Assembly: GCA_963674705.1 (NCBI GenBank)
Contig: OY771506.1
Coordinates: 2,368,001-2,432,000 of the forward strand
DNA: 64,000 nucleotides
From: Phycisphaeraceae bacterium
Lineage (GTDB): Bacteria > Planctomycetota > Phycisphaerae > Phycisphaerales > Phycisphaeraceae
Direction: 5' to 3'
The translations under genes were made by a program, and so were the position numbers. Position 1 is the stretch's first letter. Each line of letters opens with the position of its first letter. This document shows positions 18,819 through 28,851 of the stretch, piece after piece. The notes under the pieces are model-generated. The model worked only from the letters and a program-made list of their open reading frames with translations, was not told the DNA's origin and did not search any database.

Positions 18819-20459
18819 CTACTCAACCGAAAGTATCTCTCCCCCAACACGATAATAATCAAAATCCACATATCCCCCTGCGTCTATCGTCGCAAAATTA
18901 AACAGCGCAAACCGGTACCCCATAAAGTGCGGCAACGTGTATTCCATTCCTAACGCCGAACCAATCCGAGCCCAACGATTACCATCCAGACTGTAGTAAA
19001 AGTGCGCCTTCTCCGGCCATCTCCGAAAGTCGCAATCTACACGTAGATACACAACATCCTGTTTAAGTGGCACTGATTCAACCTCAACAGGCTCTTCAGT
19101 TTCAGCATTGATCATGACGATTGATTTGTCATTACCCACCACCTTTACGCCGACAAAACCATACTTTTTCTGAAACGCTGACAATCCCGCTACGTCCCCA
19201 TCTTTCATGCCGCTGACATCGATCATCGTCGTGGCAGAACACGTCGGCCCGAACGTGCGTTGCGTCAGTGTGTTCCGCGCTTCTGGCAGACTCGCATCCA
19301 CTCGCCCCGTCGTCAGCCGCAGAAAGCCCGGCCGATCCGTCAGCGACCAGTATCGATTGTCCGGGTTGTGATTCCACTGCCACGCCAGCGAGAACGCCCC
19401 GCGTACATAATCGTTCTCGCCACGTTGTTTCTGCTTTAACAACGCCAGAACCTGCGCGGATCTTTCAAACTCATCATCCGCGATCAGGTTCCCCAATCCG
19501 CTTTCTTTAATAGGGATATCAAGCACCAACGGCGCCTTGCCATCCTCGCCCAACACGGGCCAACCATCTTCCCACTTCATCGGCACAAGGTACGGACAAC
19601 GCCCGACCGGCCCGCTGTCCTTGAACAAATACGCATACCACTTCCCGTCGGGTGTATCGATAAACCCTCCCTGCGCAATCCCCTGATCGTGCAGGATGAC
19701 TCGCCCTTCGTATGGCCCGGTGATCTTCTCCGAACGATGCACGATCTGTGTCCGCATATCGTTCGGCGGCCAGGTGATGTTGCATACGTAGTACTTACCA
19801 TCCACTTCGAACATCTGCGAACCCTCGGCCGGCAAACCCACACGCGGGGCTGCGATACGGCTCGCATCACGTATCACTACTTCATCAAATCCGCCGGGCT
19901 GTATCCCAGACACATCTTTTTTTAACTCAGTTAATCGCAGGTCCCCGCCACCGTGCAGCATGTACACCTTGCCATCATCATCAAAAAACAAAGTGTGATC
20001 GTGCAACGATGGCTCAAACGCCACCGCTTGCCAAGGCCCGTCCTCTATATCATCCGTCGTAAAGACATGTGTCTTACCCGTCGAACTCGAAAACGTTGAA
20101 ACATAAAACTTCCCGTCGTGATATCGCAAACTGCTCGCCCACGACCCCGCCCCGTACGCGTTTTTGCCGTTCTTTAACGATAGCGCATCATTATCTTCCA
20201 GGATGTCATACGCATAATTCACCAGCTCCCAGTTCACCAGGTCGTTCGACTTCATGATCGGCAAGCCCGGACACATGTGCATCGTCGTGCTGCTCATGTA
20301 GTAACGATCGCCCACGCGGATCACCGAAATATCCGGCACATCCGCGCGGATGATCGGATTGCTTGCGTGTTGCTCAGACTCGGCCGCGTAGACGCTGTTG
20401 ATCATGCAGATTCCCATGTAGGCCAGTACCGTCAGACAGCATGAAGTAATACGATTCAT
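18819..20459 (-). CDS. GH43 glycoside hydrolase (beta-xylosidase/arabinofuranosidase)
   Basis: NPIIRADVPDISVIRVG, WASSLRYH, EGS, IAQGG, WQWNHNP and C-terminal beta-sandwich ending GGYVDFDYY. Confidence 0.92.
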   Translation of the reverse strand: MNRITSCCLTVLAYMGICMINSVYAAESEQHASNPIIRADVPDISVIRVGDRYYMSSTTMHMCPGLPIMKSNDLVNWELVNYAYDILEDNDALSLKNGKNAYGAGSWASSLRYHDGKFYVSTFSSSTGKTHVFTTDDIEDGPWQAVAFEPSLHDHTLFFDDDGKVYMLHGGGDLRLTELKKDVSGIQPGGFDEVVIRDASRIAAPRVGLPAEGSQMFEVDGKYYVCNITWPPNDMRTQIVHRSEKITGPYEGRVILHDQGIAQGGFIDTPDGKWYAYLFKDSGPVGRCPYLVPMKWEDGWPVLGEDGKAPLVLDIPIKESGLGNLIADDEFERSAQVLALLKQKQRGENDYVRGAFSLAWQWNHNPDNRYWSLTDRPGFLRLTTGRVDASLPEARNTLTQRTFGPTCSATTMIDVSGMKDGDVAGLSAFQKKYGFVGVKVVGNDKSIVMINAETEEPVEVESVPLKQDVVYLRVDCDFRRWPEKAHFYYSLDGNRWARIGSALGMEYTLPHFMGYRFALFNFATIDAGGYVDFDYYRVGGEILSVE

Positions 20460-20686
20460 AGGACCTACATTTTTAACAGAATGAACGATCCGCATCCCAC
20501 GATGCTTCACGGATTGGCGCCGATTTTTCAGGGCCGTACCCGCGTGTTAAGACCACTGATTACCGGCTTTTTACTTTATTTATGAATTAATTGTCATTTA
20601 CCCCTTGAAATCCGCCTTCGCCGGGTGGATATTACATGGTGGCAGAATGAAGCAGTATGCTTCAAGTGCATGAAAGGACAAGTTTT

Positions 20687-21847
20687 ATGTCTTGCTTCAA
20701 AATGTTTTGCGTCCTGCTCATCGGCGTTCTGGCAGCCACGGCCGTTGCCAACGCACAGGAGCACCGCTCGGCCTGGATGTGGAGCAGCAAAACCAGCCCG
20801 TACGGGGCGGGCAAAATCATCAGCGATCCCTTAGCCACGGTCAACATGATCCGCGATTTTCAATACTGGGGATTCGACCGCATTTATGCAACCCTCAGCA
20901 CAAACGATGACAACATCGCTGCCTGGAATGCCGGCCTCGATGACGCGGGTATCCAATCACAGTCGCTCATGGGCGACGCCCATTGGATCTTCCCCGGCGA
21001 TTCACGCGACGGCCTGCTGCAACGCATCCAGTCCACCATCATCGACTTCAACGAAAGCCGATCCGACCCGCGCGAATGGGTCGATGGGATTCACCTCGAT
21101 ATCGAACCGCACGCGCTTGAGGAATGGCAAACCGGCACCTTCCCCGAACAGCAGCAAATGCTTTGGATGCTTTCCGATACCTATGCCGACGTACGACAAT
21201 ACCTCGATGACAACGGCCAATCACAAGTCAAGCTCTACGCCGACGTGCCCGTCTGGTTTGATATGGCGTGGTACCCCGAAGAACGCGACCTGTGGTACGC
21301 CTCCGTCGGCGAGTCGCTCGACGGCATCAGCATCATGGCGTACAGCCGACCAAGCATGACGCAGATTATCAATGATGTGCAGTATGAAGTCGACAACTTC
21401 AACGGCGAAGTTCGCATCGGTCTGGAATCCGCCTCCGGACCGGGTGAAACATGGGCCACCCACCAGGACCTGCTGGACATGGCTGATGCGTTAGAAGATT
21501 ACTACGGCGAAGCCATCGGTGGGATCGACTTCCATCCACTTATCGCTTGGGCGGAAAACGCCGAACACGCCGAGCAGATCCCCTTCATCTATGGCGACAT
21601 CAGTTGTGACGGCTACGTCGGCATCGATGACCTGGACATGATCCTCAGCGCCTGGAATCAAAACGTCAACCCGGGAACCCAACTCGACCCCTCCGGCGAC
21701 GGCTACGTCGGCCTCTCTGACATCAACGTCATCCTCGACCACTGGAACGAAGGCGCCGTCATGACCGCGCCAACAATCATGGTGCCTGAACCGGCAGCGG
21801 CCGGCATCGCTCTATTGGCAGCCGTTGGTTTATCACGACGGCCATAA
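20687..21847 (+). CDS. PEP-CTERM protein with GH18-like TIM barrel and dockerin/EF-hand-like module
   Basis: DGIHLDIEPH, DGISIMAY; GDISCDGYVGIDDLD..W and DPSGDGYVGLSDI..WN; VPEP tail. Confidence 0.8.
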   Translation: MSCFKMFCVLLIGVLAATAVANAQEHRSAWMWSSKTSPYGAGKIISDPLATVNMIRDFQYWGFDRIYATLSTNDDNIAAWNAGLDDAGIQSQSLMGDAHWIFPGDSRDGLLQRIQSTIIDFNESRSDPREWVDGIHLDIEPHALEEWQTGTFPEQQQMLWMLSDTYADVRQYLDDNGQSQVKLYADVPVWFDMAWYPEERDLWYASVGESLDGISIMAYSRPSMTQIINDVQYEVDNFNGEVRIGLESASGPGETWATHQDLLDMADALEDYYGEAIGGIDFHPLIAWAENAEHAEQIPFIYGDISCDGYVGIDDLDMILSAWNQNVNPGTQLDPSGDGYVGLSDINVILDHWNEGAVMTAPTIMVPEPAAAGIALLAAVGLSRRP

Positions 21848-21885
21848 AGCAAGCATCAATACGACCAGTTACTTTCAAAATAAAA

Positions 21886-21915
21886 CAACGCCGCTTGAAT
21901 GTTCAGGCGGCGTTG
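21886..21915. terminator. Terminator hairpin between convergent PEP-CTERM genes
   Basis: CAACGCCGC / GCGGCGTTG stem with A-run on the left side. Confidence 0.7.
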
Positions 21916-21956
21916 CTTCATATTGATTAGTTTCACATCGTTATTGTCGGATCACC

Positions 21957-23135
21957 TCAACGCCGCATCATCACCAGCCCGCCTATCACAACTAGCGCCA
22001 GGCTTGCGGGCTCCGGCACCATCTGGATGAAACGGACTTCAGACAGTGCTGCCGTGCTGGCGTATTCATAATGCGTCGAGTCAATAATCAACTGGGCCGA
22101 CACCACATCCGCAGTGTTGATCGCGAACAGTTCGGAGTAGTCCTGGTAAAAGTCGGCATTACCGGCCGGTTGCGCCAGCACATCGTCGATCACCGTGACA
22201 TACTCATCCCCACCTTCCTGCTTCACAAGCAGGCGGAAGTCCTTGCTCGCCTCGCCGCCGCCGAACCACATGTTCAGGTTCCATATCTGGATCGACGCCA
22301 GGTCGGTCGGATCATCGAAGTCGAACGTCAGCGTCACTTTGCCTTCACTGTCTTTCGCACCTGCCCAGCCGGTCTCGCCGAGCGCCCCGCCGTTATGCCA
22401 TTCATGCGAGCCGTAACCGTTTTCGTGCAGCCCGTACCCGTTAATAAGCAATTCCGTATCGCCCCGCGTTGTTGAAGAAGCGGTGACGGAGAAGTTGTTG
22501 TAATCGACATCGGTCGCCTGCCCGGTCGCCGTGCCGTAGTAACGCAGCTCGGAAAGCCCGACGACGCCGTTGACGGTATGCCGATACCCCCAGTTGTCAT
22601 GAATCTGCAGTTTGACAAATCGAGCCGACGTGTTGAGGTCAAAAGTCTGTGGCGGACACGGCGCATCTTTCACCGTCACCCCGCCCTCAATGTAATGCCC
22701 GGTCGCTTTCGCAGCTTCGAGCATCCCGCTGATCGACGTGTAGTTCACGCCGTCATTGGAAACCATTATCTCAAAATCTTTAACGCCGATGTTGGTGTTG
22801 TCGATGTCCGACCACTTGTCGTTGAAGTTATAGAGATCGAGATAACTCAGTTCATAAACCTGCCCAAGGTCCACCTCAAACCAGCCCGCCCAGTTGCCCG
22901 GGGCGAACACGGTGTTCCACATCGTGCCCGCCGCGTGGGTGCTGTGGTCCTGAAGGTCCACGCTCAGCCCGGCCCCGTTGATCGCATAGACAGGGAACAA
23001 AGAGTCCGAGTGATACGATGAAGCCCGCACATTCGTCGGGTTCACCCACGTATCCGCATTCGCAGAACCCACCAGCGCCGCACAAGCTAAAGCCGCTGCA
23101 CTCACAGACGTACCCATTAACCGATGACTTGTCAT
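21957..23135 (-). CDS. PEP-CTERM protein with two discoidin/F5-8-like domains
   Basis: Signal peptide from MTSHRL (GGAG RBS), WFEVDLGQVY..VSNDG..ARFVKL..GLSELRY, second similar domain, VPEPASLAL tail. Confidence 0.85.
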   Translation of the reverse strand: MTSHRLMGTSVSAAALACAALVGSANADTWVNPTNVRASSYHSDSLFPVYAINGAGLSVDLQDHSTHAAGTMWNTVFAPGNWAGWFEVDLGQVYELSYLDLYNFNDKWSDIDNTNIGVKDFEIMVSNDGVNYTSISGMLEAAKATGHYIEGGVTVKDAPCPPQTFDLNTSARFVKLQIHDNWGYRHTVNGVVGLSELRYYGTATGQATDVDYNNFSVTASSTTRGDTELLINGYGLHENGYGSHEWHNGGALGETGWAGAKDSEGKVTLTFDFDDPTDLASIQIWNLNMWFGGGEASKDFRLLVKQEGGDEYVTVIDDVLAQPAGNADFYQDYSELFAINTADVVSAQLIIDSTHYEYASTAALSEVRFIQMVPEPASLALVVIGGLVMMRR

Positions 23136-23506
23136 CTTGTTCTCTCTCCTCCGAAGACCAACCCGAACGCGTCGGCCTGAAGTGCCCGATTGTAAAAAGA
23201 CAAACTGAACCAGATATATAAGATACCGAATATCGCTGGTCTTTCGCAAGACGAATATGATGTCAAACCGTGAAAAATGGCGGCTTTCTTCGCACGAATC
23301 TGCCTGCAGACGCCCCGACAGAAGATCCTTGAGCAGTTTTACGCAAGATATATTCAAGGATTTAATAAAATTAACGATCAACGAAGATGCAAAACGTATT
23401 ATCCGCTCGCGCTTGTTATCCGCGGGATTCATCATTCCCGAGGGCTCGGCACACCAACTTGAGTCAAACGCAGTCAACGTACAGCGACATTTTAAAAACG
23501 ATCGCA

Positions 23507-26008
23507 TCAGTCTTCGCCGGTACCGCACATCCGATCGAGGTCGAACACGAACAACCCGCCGTGATTATGCGCTACCACCAGCAAGTTGTTGTCGACATAG
23601 CGCGGTGCCATGAAGCCCCAATCGGCTTGTTCGTTGGGATGCAACATGTTGATCTGCAGCAGATACGGACTAAACCGTTTGACCGGCGCTTCAGGATCAT
23701 CCGGCACGAATACCAGTTCAGCTCCGCAGTAGAGGTAACCGTTGCTCAACCGCGTCAGCCGCTCCGGAGAATATTTATAAAACCGAGGCATGCGCGTTTC
23801 GACATCCCGCTGACACGTTTTGCCGTCATAGGTCCAGACCTGCAAACGGTCCTTGGGAAAACCGCTGAACACAGCAGCCAGTGTGTCGGGGCCCCCGGCG
23901 ATCATCCGCGCGCTATTGGGCGAGCTTCTAGGTTCGTCCTTGATACGAAAGCCGCTATCTATAAGCATCCGCTTCGGGCGCAGTGTAGGTTCGTCCACCT
24001 CGTAGATCCCGCGTGATTGTGGGCCGAAAGCAAACCACCCGCCGGGCGTCTTGGTAACACGGAAGTGTGTGATCCCACCGAGTAAGGGGGGATAAATCGT
24101 CACCTCGTCTGTTTCCGGGTTATAGGCTTTCGAACCACCGTTCGTGTCAGGGCGGATATACACATCACCATGCCGGATAAACCAGTTGTTCGCTATCGTT
24201 GCCCGCGTCCATTCACTCGGTGCGCCTTTGGGATTCTTCTGGCGTAGCAACGGATCGTCTTCTTCCAGATCGGGGGCGATCGTGAACTGGCGTACAGGCA
24301 GCGTATGTCGATCAGCCGTCTTGGCCATCAGTTTGGCATCTTCCCACCAGAAGTCTTCGATCCCCGCGGGGTGTTGTGTGGTTTCGATAATGCTTTGCGA
24401 GCCCGTGTCATAGCTGATGACCGTTCCGTCCTGCCCGCCCACCAGCACAATGCGTCCAGTTGAAACGATGGGCGCCTTGATCGCCGCCGTCGGCAGGCGG
24501 TCGATCAGCCCGAGTGATTCACGCAGTCTTTGCGATTCTCGTTGCCCGGTCAGCTTCATGGCGATGCTTTGCGCACTGTCCGCCTCCACGGGAATATTGT
24601 TCGCGAGGTAGACTTCGGACCGCAGTTGCCACAACGCCGGTTCGGAAGGCGCTTCGCTTGTCAGTTGCGAGCAGTACGACATGGCATCGACCGACCGCTC
24701 AAGTGCCATCATCGCGCGGACCCGTAGCCGCGCCTGCTTTATGAACGGGGCATCGTCGGCTAGGTGTTCCGAGAGTCGTTCGGGATGCAATGCGCGGATA
24801 CCTTGATACCCGGCGATGATGACCAGCCCGTCTTCCGTTTCGTGTACGGGCGCAATCAGCGGCTGGCCGATCTCGTGCCGATACTGAATGATGCCGGTCT
24901 CCCAATCCAGCAGAAACAGCCCACCGTATACCCCTGCAATTGGCAGGCAATCCGCCACCAGGTCGGCGGTGTTACTGCCATGGTCGCCGTAAGTGCCGTT
25001 GGACTTCTGTGCGTGTTTCGCGGAATAGATCGGTTCAGGCAAAGCAGTAACCCAACGCACCGTGCCGGTCGTACCGGATAACCGATAGACAAAACCGTGC
25101 CCTCTTGGTCCACCTGATAATGCAACCACATCCTGCCCGACCCAGAAGGGGGGATCCGATGCGTAGCCTCGCGTGTCCAGTTTCCAGATCGGTTCCTGGA
25201 TATCGCGCACCGAGGCAGGCACGAGCTGCACATACGTCGTCACATCGCTGGGTGATTGATGCAGTGCAATAGCAAGTTTATTCAGTCCGTTCGGGGAAAG
25301 CAGCTCCGAAGCGACGACCTCTTCCAGCGTGTCTTCATCCAGGTTGTATTCAATCCGTTTAGGCAGCAGCTTGTGGGTATCTTGTAGATCGCAGAGGTGG
25401 ACCTTGCCGATCCGCAGGCCGTTCGCATTGCTGTCTGTGTGTCGGTGTTGCTGAATCGTCCCCTTACGCTCGATCTCACCGTCGGGTGAGATGCGAAAGA
25501 TCGGGCTGACCTCGTGCCTGGTCCACACCCACAGCGCATCATCATCCGGGTGGATTGCGGCCCGTGCTTGATAAGGCAGCGCATATGTCCATAACACCTT
25601 CCCGGTTTTTAGGTCGATGCACGAACCCTGCCATACCGGTTGGCCTTTCAGGTTCGATTCATCCGCGACCCGCGTATTGGTAACCCCGAGGTGCGGCGGG
25701 GATTGCCTGGATTGCAGCCCGCTTATCAGATAACCGTAACGTTTACCGAGCTTGACCTTCTCCATCGCCGGGCCGCTGAACGTCGTATGCCACACCGTCG
25801 GCCTTTCATTGGCGGGCAATTGTGAGGCAAACCCTTCCAGCAGCACCAGCGCTTGCTCGGTATCGCCTGAATCCAGCAAACGTTGAGCATCTTCCAATGC
25901 ATCTGCCAGCAGCAGCGCCGGCGACAGGCTCAGCCAGGCAAAGGCAAGGCAGGTGAATAGGTTGGTTATCCGTGATACTCGCGGGTTAGTCTGTCTCGCT
26001 TCGGTCAT
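23507..26008 (-). CDS. Secreted PQQ-like beta-propeller protein with TPR-like helices
   Basis: Signal peptide; DLKTGKVLW, SGTTGTVRW, DWETG, GGQDGTV blade motifs. Confidence 0.75.
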   Translation of the reverse strand: MTEARQTNPRVSRITNLFTCLAFAWLSLSPALLLADALEDAQRLLDSGDTEQALVLLEGFASQLPANERPTVWHTTFSGPAMEKVKLGKRYGYLISGLQSRQSPPHLGVTNTRVADESNLKGQPVWQGSCIDLKTGKVLWTYALPYQARAAIHPDDDALWVWTRHEVSPIFRISPDGEIERKGTIQQHRHTDSNANGLRIGKVHLCDLQDTHKLLPKRIEYNLDEDTLEEVVASELLSPNGLNKLAIALHQSPSDVTTYVQLVPASVRDIQEPIWKLDTRGYASDPPFWVGQDVVALSGGPRGHGFVYRLSGTTGTVRWVTALPEPIYSAKHAQKSNGTYGDHGSNTADLVADCLPIAGVYGGLFLLDWETGIIQYRHEIGQPLIAPVHETEDGLVIIAGYQGIRALHPERLSEHLADDAPFIKQARLRVRAMMALERSVDAMSYCSQLTSEAPSEPALWQLRSEVYLANNIPVEADSAQSIAMKLTGQRESQRLRESLGLIDRLPTAAIKAPIVSTGRIVLVGGQDGTVISYDTGSQSIIETTQHPAGIEDFWWEDAKLMAKTADRHTLPVRQFTIAPDLEEDDPLLRQKNPKGAPSEWTRATIANNWFIRHGDVYIRPDTNGGSKAYNPETDEVTIYPPLLGGITHFRVTKTPGGWFAFGPQSRGIYEVDEPTLRPKRMLIDSGFRIKDEPRSSPNSARMIAGGPDTLAAVFSGFPKDRLQVWTYDGKTCQRDVETRMPRFYKYSPERLTRLSNGYLYCGAELVFVPDDPEAPVKRFSPYLLQINMLHPNEQADWGFMAPRYVDNNLLVVAHNHGGLFVFDLDRMCGTGED

Positions 26009-27158
26009 TGTCAGTATCCCCCGTTTCGGAGACTTCGCTTACGATGATGAGTTTCGGATTACTCCTGATCTGGGAACGTTCTCGCTCCAGTTCACTCACC
26101 CGCTGGGTAACCCTTCGCAAATCTTGCTTGTTGCTTTGTAGAACCGCGTACAGTTCGGTCCGGTCCTGCCCGGACTCAGACTGTTGTGCATCGGGCTCCG
26201 TTGCTTGTGCATCGATCACTTTAAGTGCTTCAAGTTCGCTTTCGGTTTGCGTTAACTCGATCCGCATATCGATGTAACGCGCTTCCCACCGGTCGAGCTG
26301 TTCTTCGAGCGATCCACGTTGTAGTTTTGCCAGTTCATAACGAGCCTCCGCGAGTTCTGCCTTTGCCTCCGCCAGCCGGACCGTGTCGACAGGCTCCTTC
26401 GCTTCCAACGCCTGAACCACACTCGCCCTTGCATCAATCAACGCCATCAACGGTGCGTTGTCCAGTGGCGCCAGCGACGGATCATCACGGACCTCATTGA
26501 TTCCTTTCCGGATCGCATCGAGCTTGATGCGCTGTGTTTGTACTAATTGGTTCAATGCCCTGATCCTGATGGCACGCTCGTTTCTCTCGTGCATCGGGTC
26601 GCCCCCCGCGTCCCGGCTTAACGGCGGCATGTCCTTCAATTTGAGTTCGATAGCGTTGATCTTGTCGGTCAGTTCATCGCGCATGGCGACCTGCTCTTCG
26701 TACTCCGCTTCCAGACCCTCGGTCTGATTCACGCTGAGGTTGTTGAACGCCTTGGTCACACGCGAAGTCAAGGTGTTCAGAACCTTGACCGCGGCATCGG
26801 CGGGTTCATCGATCTGTCCGCCCGGAAGCACCGTGACACGCAGTTGCGATGCTCTCTGGCCGACCGGCGTTAATTCGATCTGGATAATGCCGGGCCAGGC
26901 GTCGGGTTCGAGCCCGGTCGCTTCCTCGATCGCCGGATTTACAAACTCCGTGCTCAAGAGCATGGCCTCCACGACCTTCATGTCGAATCCGCTGCGGATC
27001 TGCCCGGTCCCCGTGATAGCGAGCAGTGTGGAGACACGCGCGGGTTTGGCCTGTTGCGCCAGCAGCGTGTTCGGCCAAAGTGACACCAGGAGGGCAAGCA
27101 GACATAACACTCTAATACGCCATAGGCCGATTGGGTTTGTCTTTTTTAACAGTTGCAT
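25986..27158 (-). CDS. Secreted long coiled-coil protein
   Basis: Signal peptide ending LLAQQ, extended heptad-rich region; overlaps the downstream gene start. Confidence 0.7.
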   Translation of the reverse strand: MQLLKKTNPIGLWRIRVLCLLALLVSLWPNTLLAQQAKPARVSTLLAITGTGQIRSGFDMKVVEAMLLSTEFVNPAIEEATGLEPDAWPGIIQIELTPVGQRASQLRVTVLPGGQIDEPADAAVKVLNTLTSRVTKAFNNLSVNQTEGLEAEYEEQVAMRDELTDKINAIELKLKDMPPLSRDAGGDPMHERNERAIRIRALNQLVQTQRIKLDAIRKGINEVRDDPSLAPLDNAPLMALIDARASVVQALEAKEPVDTVRLAEAKAELAEARYELAKLQRGSLEEQLDRWEARYIDMRIELTQTESELEALKVIDAQATEPDAQQSESGQDRTELYAVLQSNKQDLRRVTQRVSELERERSQIRSNPKLIIVSEVSETGDTDNDRSETD

Positions 27159-27495
27159 GAGAACTCCCGTCATAAACGCCGCAAAACAGGGGCTAAAATG
27201 AACAGCAAGCCCGGGCTGTTGTGTAAATATAACTACCAACCTTGGTACGTGACATCCTAAGATGGCAAATATGTCACCATCCTGCAAGCAGGCCGGTTCC
27301 ATATACCATGACACTGCAGGGCCAGCGCTTCTACGCTGGTATTGACAGCAATTGAATAAGACAGCCAGGATGCTCTGTATCGAATACGAACCTGTTATTA
27401 TCCGATGATTATCATGTTCTGTGTGATATGCTGCGGATTCTGCTTAACCTCACGCTGCGAAACACAAACCCGTCCCATTGATTAGAATTATCCTC

Positions 27496-28692
27496 ATGAC
27501 CGCATCACAGAACCAATCTGCTGATTCCAAACGCCAGCCGCCACGTGTCGCGATCATCTGTGGCCTGGCCAACGCCTACGGCCGCGATGTCACCATGGGC
27601 GCAACACGCTACGCAAACCTCAAGCGATCATGGGACCTGCGCATCGATACATGGAACGGCCAACCCCTGGACCACTTGCCCCCATGCGAAGGTGCCATCG
27701 TCGCAGGTGTCGGATCAGCCGAATTCGAAGTAACACGTGCCCGATGTAAACACGTCGTGCACTGCACAGGCGAGGGTGATGTCAGCACATGCCCCGATGT
27801 GTCGACCGACGATGTCTCCGTCGGCGAGTTGGCCGCAGAACACCTGATCGGGTGCAACTTCAAGAACTTCGCATACTACGGCTGGCCCGAGACAGGCGCA
27901 GGTTTCGACAGGCGCCGATATCAAGGCTTCAGCGGCTTCGTTCAGAAGCACGGCTACGAATGCCACGTTTGCCCCATCCCCTGGCCTCAGTGGCACATGC
28001 GCCTTACACACGAACACCACCCACAGCTGGTGCATTGGCTCGAATCCCTCCCCAAACCCACCGGCATCCTCGCCGTCGATGATATGTATGCCAGCGACCT
28101 GGCCAGCGCCTGCCTCGGCGCTCACATCCCCGTCCCCGAGCAGATCGCGATCGTCGGCGTCAACGACGACAAACTCCTCTGCGAATCAGCCTGGCCCCCG
28201 TTAACCAGCGTCGATTGCGGCACGCAACGCATCGGCTATCACGCCGCAAAATTACTCGAACGCATGATGGCCGGCGAAACCCTGCCCGAAGACGAACGCT
28301 GGCTGCGCCTTCCACCGATCGGCATCGTCGAACGACAAAGCACCAGCGTCACCGCCGTGGAAGACCCGATCGTCGCTCAAGCCCTGCGCTTCATCCGCGA
28401 ACACGCCTGCGATCCCTGCACCGTAACCGATGTCCTGCGCGAACTGCCTGTCGCACGCCGCTGGCTTGAAAAACAATTCAAAACCTACCTCGGCCGCACA
28501 CCCCACGATGAGATCATCCGCGTACGCATGGTAACCGCCCGCCGCTTGCTGTTAGAGCCCGACTTCACCATCCCGCACGTCGCCCAGCTATGCGGCTTCT
28601 CCTGCGTCCAAACCTTCACCAAAGCCTTCCGAGACACCGTCGACATCACCCCCGCCGCCTACCGCCGCAACAGACTCAACCGCAAAGATTGA
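27496..28692 (+). CDS. XylR-type regulator (LacI-like sensor plus AraC HTH)
   Basis: LPKPTGILAVDD, VPEQIAIVGVNDD, LTSVD, VERQST; C-terminal AraC VAQLCGFS..FTKAF..TPAAYR. Confidence 0.92.
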   Translation: MTASQNQSADSKRQPPRVAIICGLANAYGRDVTMGATRYANLKRSWDLRIDTWNGQPLDHLPPCEGAIVAGVGSAEFEVTRARCKHVVHCTGEGDVSTCPDVSTDDVSVGELAAEHLIGCNFKNFAYYGWPETGAGFDRRRYQGFSGFVQKHGYECHVCPIPWPQWHMRLTHEHHPQLVHWLESLPKPTGILAVDDMYASDLASACLGAHIPVPEQIAIVGVNDDKLLCESAWPPLTSVDCGTQRIGYHAAKLLERMMAGETLPEDERWLRLPPIGIVERQSTSVTAVEDPIVAQALRFIREHACDPCTVTDVLRELPVARRWLEKQFKTYLGRTPHDEIIRVRMVTARRLLLEPDFTIPHVAQLCGFSCVQTFTKAFRDTVDITPAAYRRNRLNRKD

Positions 28693-28717
28693 TCCCCGTC
28701 GAATCACATCACCCAAC

Positions 28718-28743
28718 AGCCGCGACCCGCCGGGTCGCGCGCC
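28718..28743. repeat. REP-like palindrome AGCCGCGACCCGCCGGGTCGCGCGCC
   Basis: Identical 26-mer at 48557-48582. Confidence 0.8.
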
Positions 28744-28851
28744 GTTGCGTATCAGCTACGCATTGTCTATAGAATGTCATCGAATCAATCTTGTCAATAA
28801 ACAGTGCCGGCAGTTCCGAACCTGCAAACCGCGACGTTTCGTGAGCATCAA

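Noticed and set aside
23136..23528. 131-aa N-terminal extension of the discoidin PEP-CTERM ORF
   Set aside because: AT-rich intergenic sequence; RBS and signal peptide indicate a start at 23135
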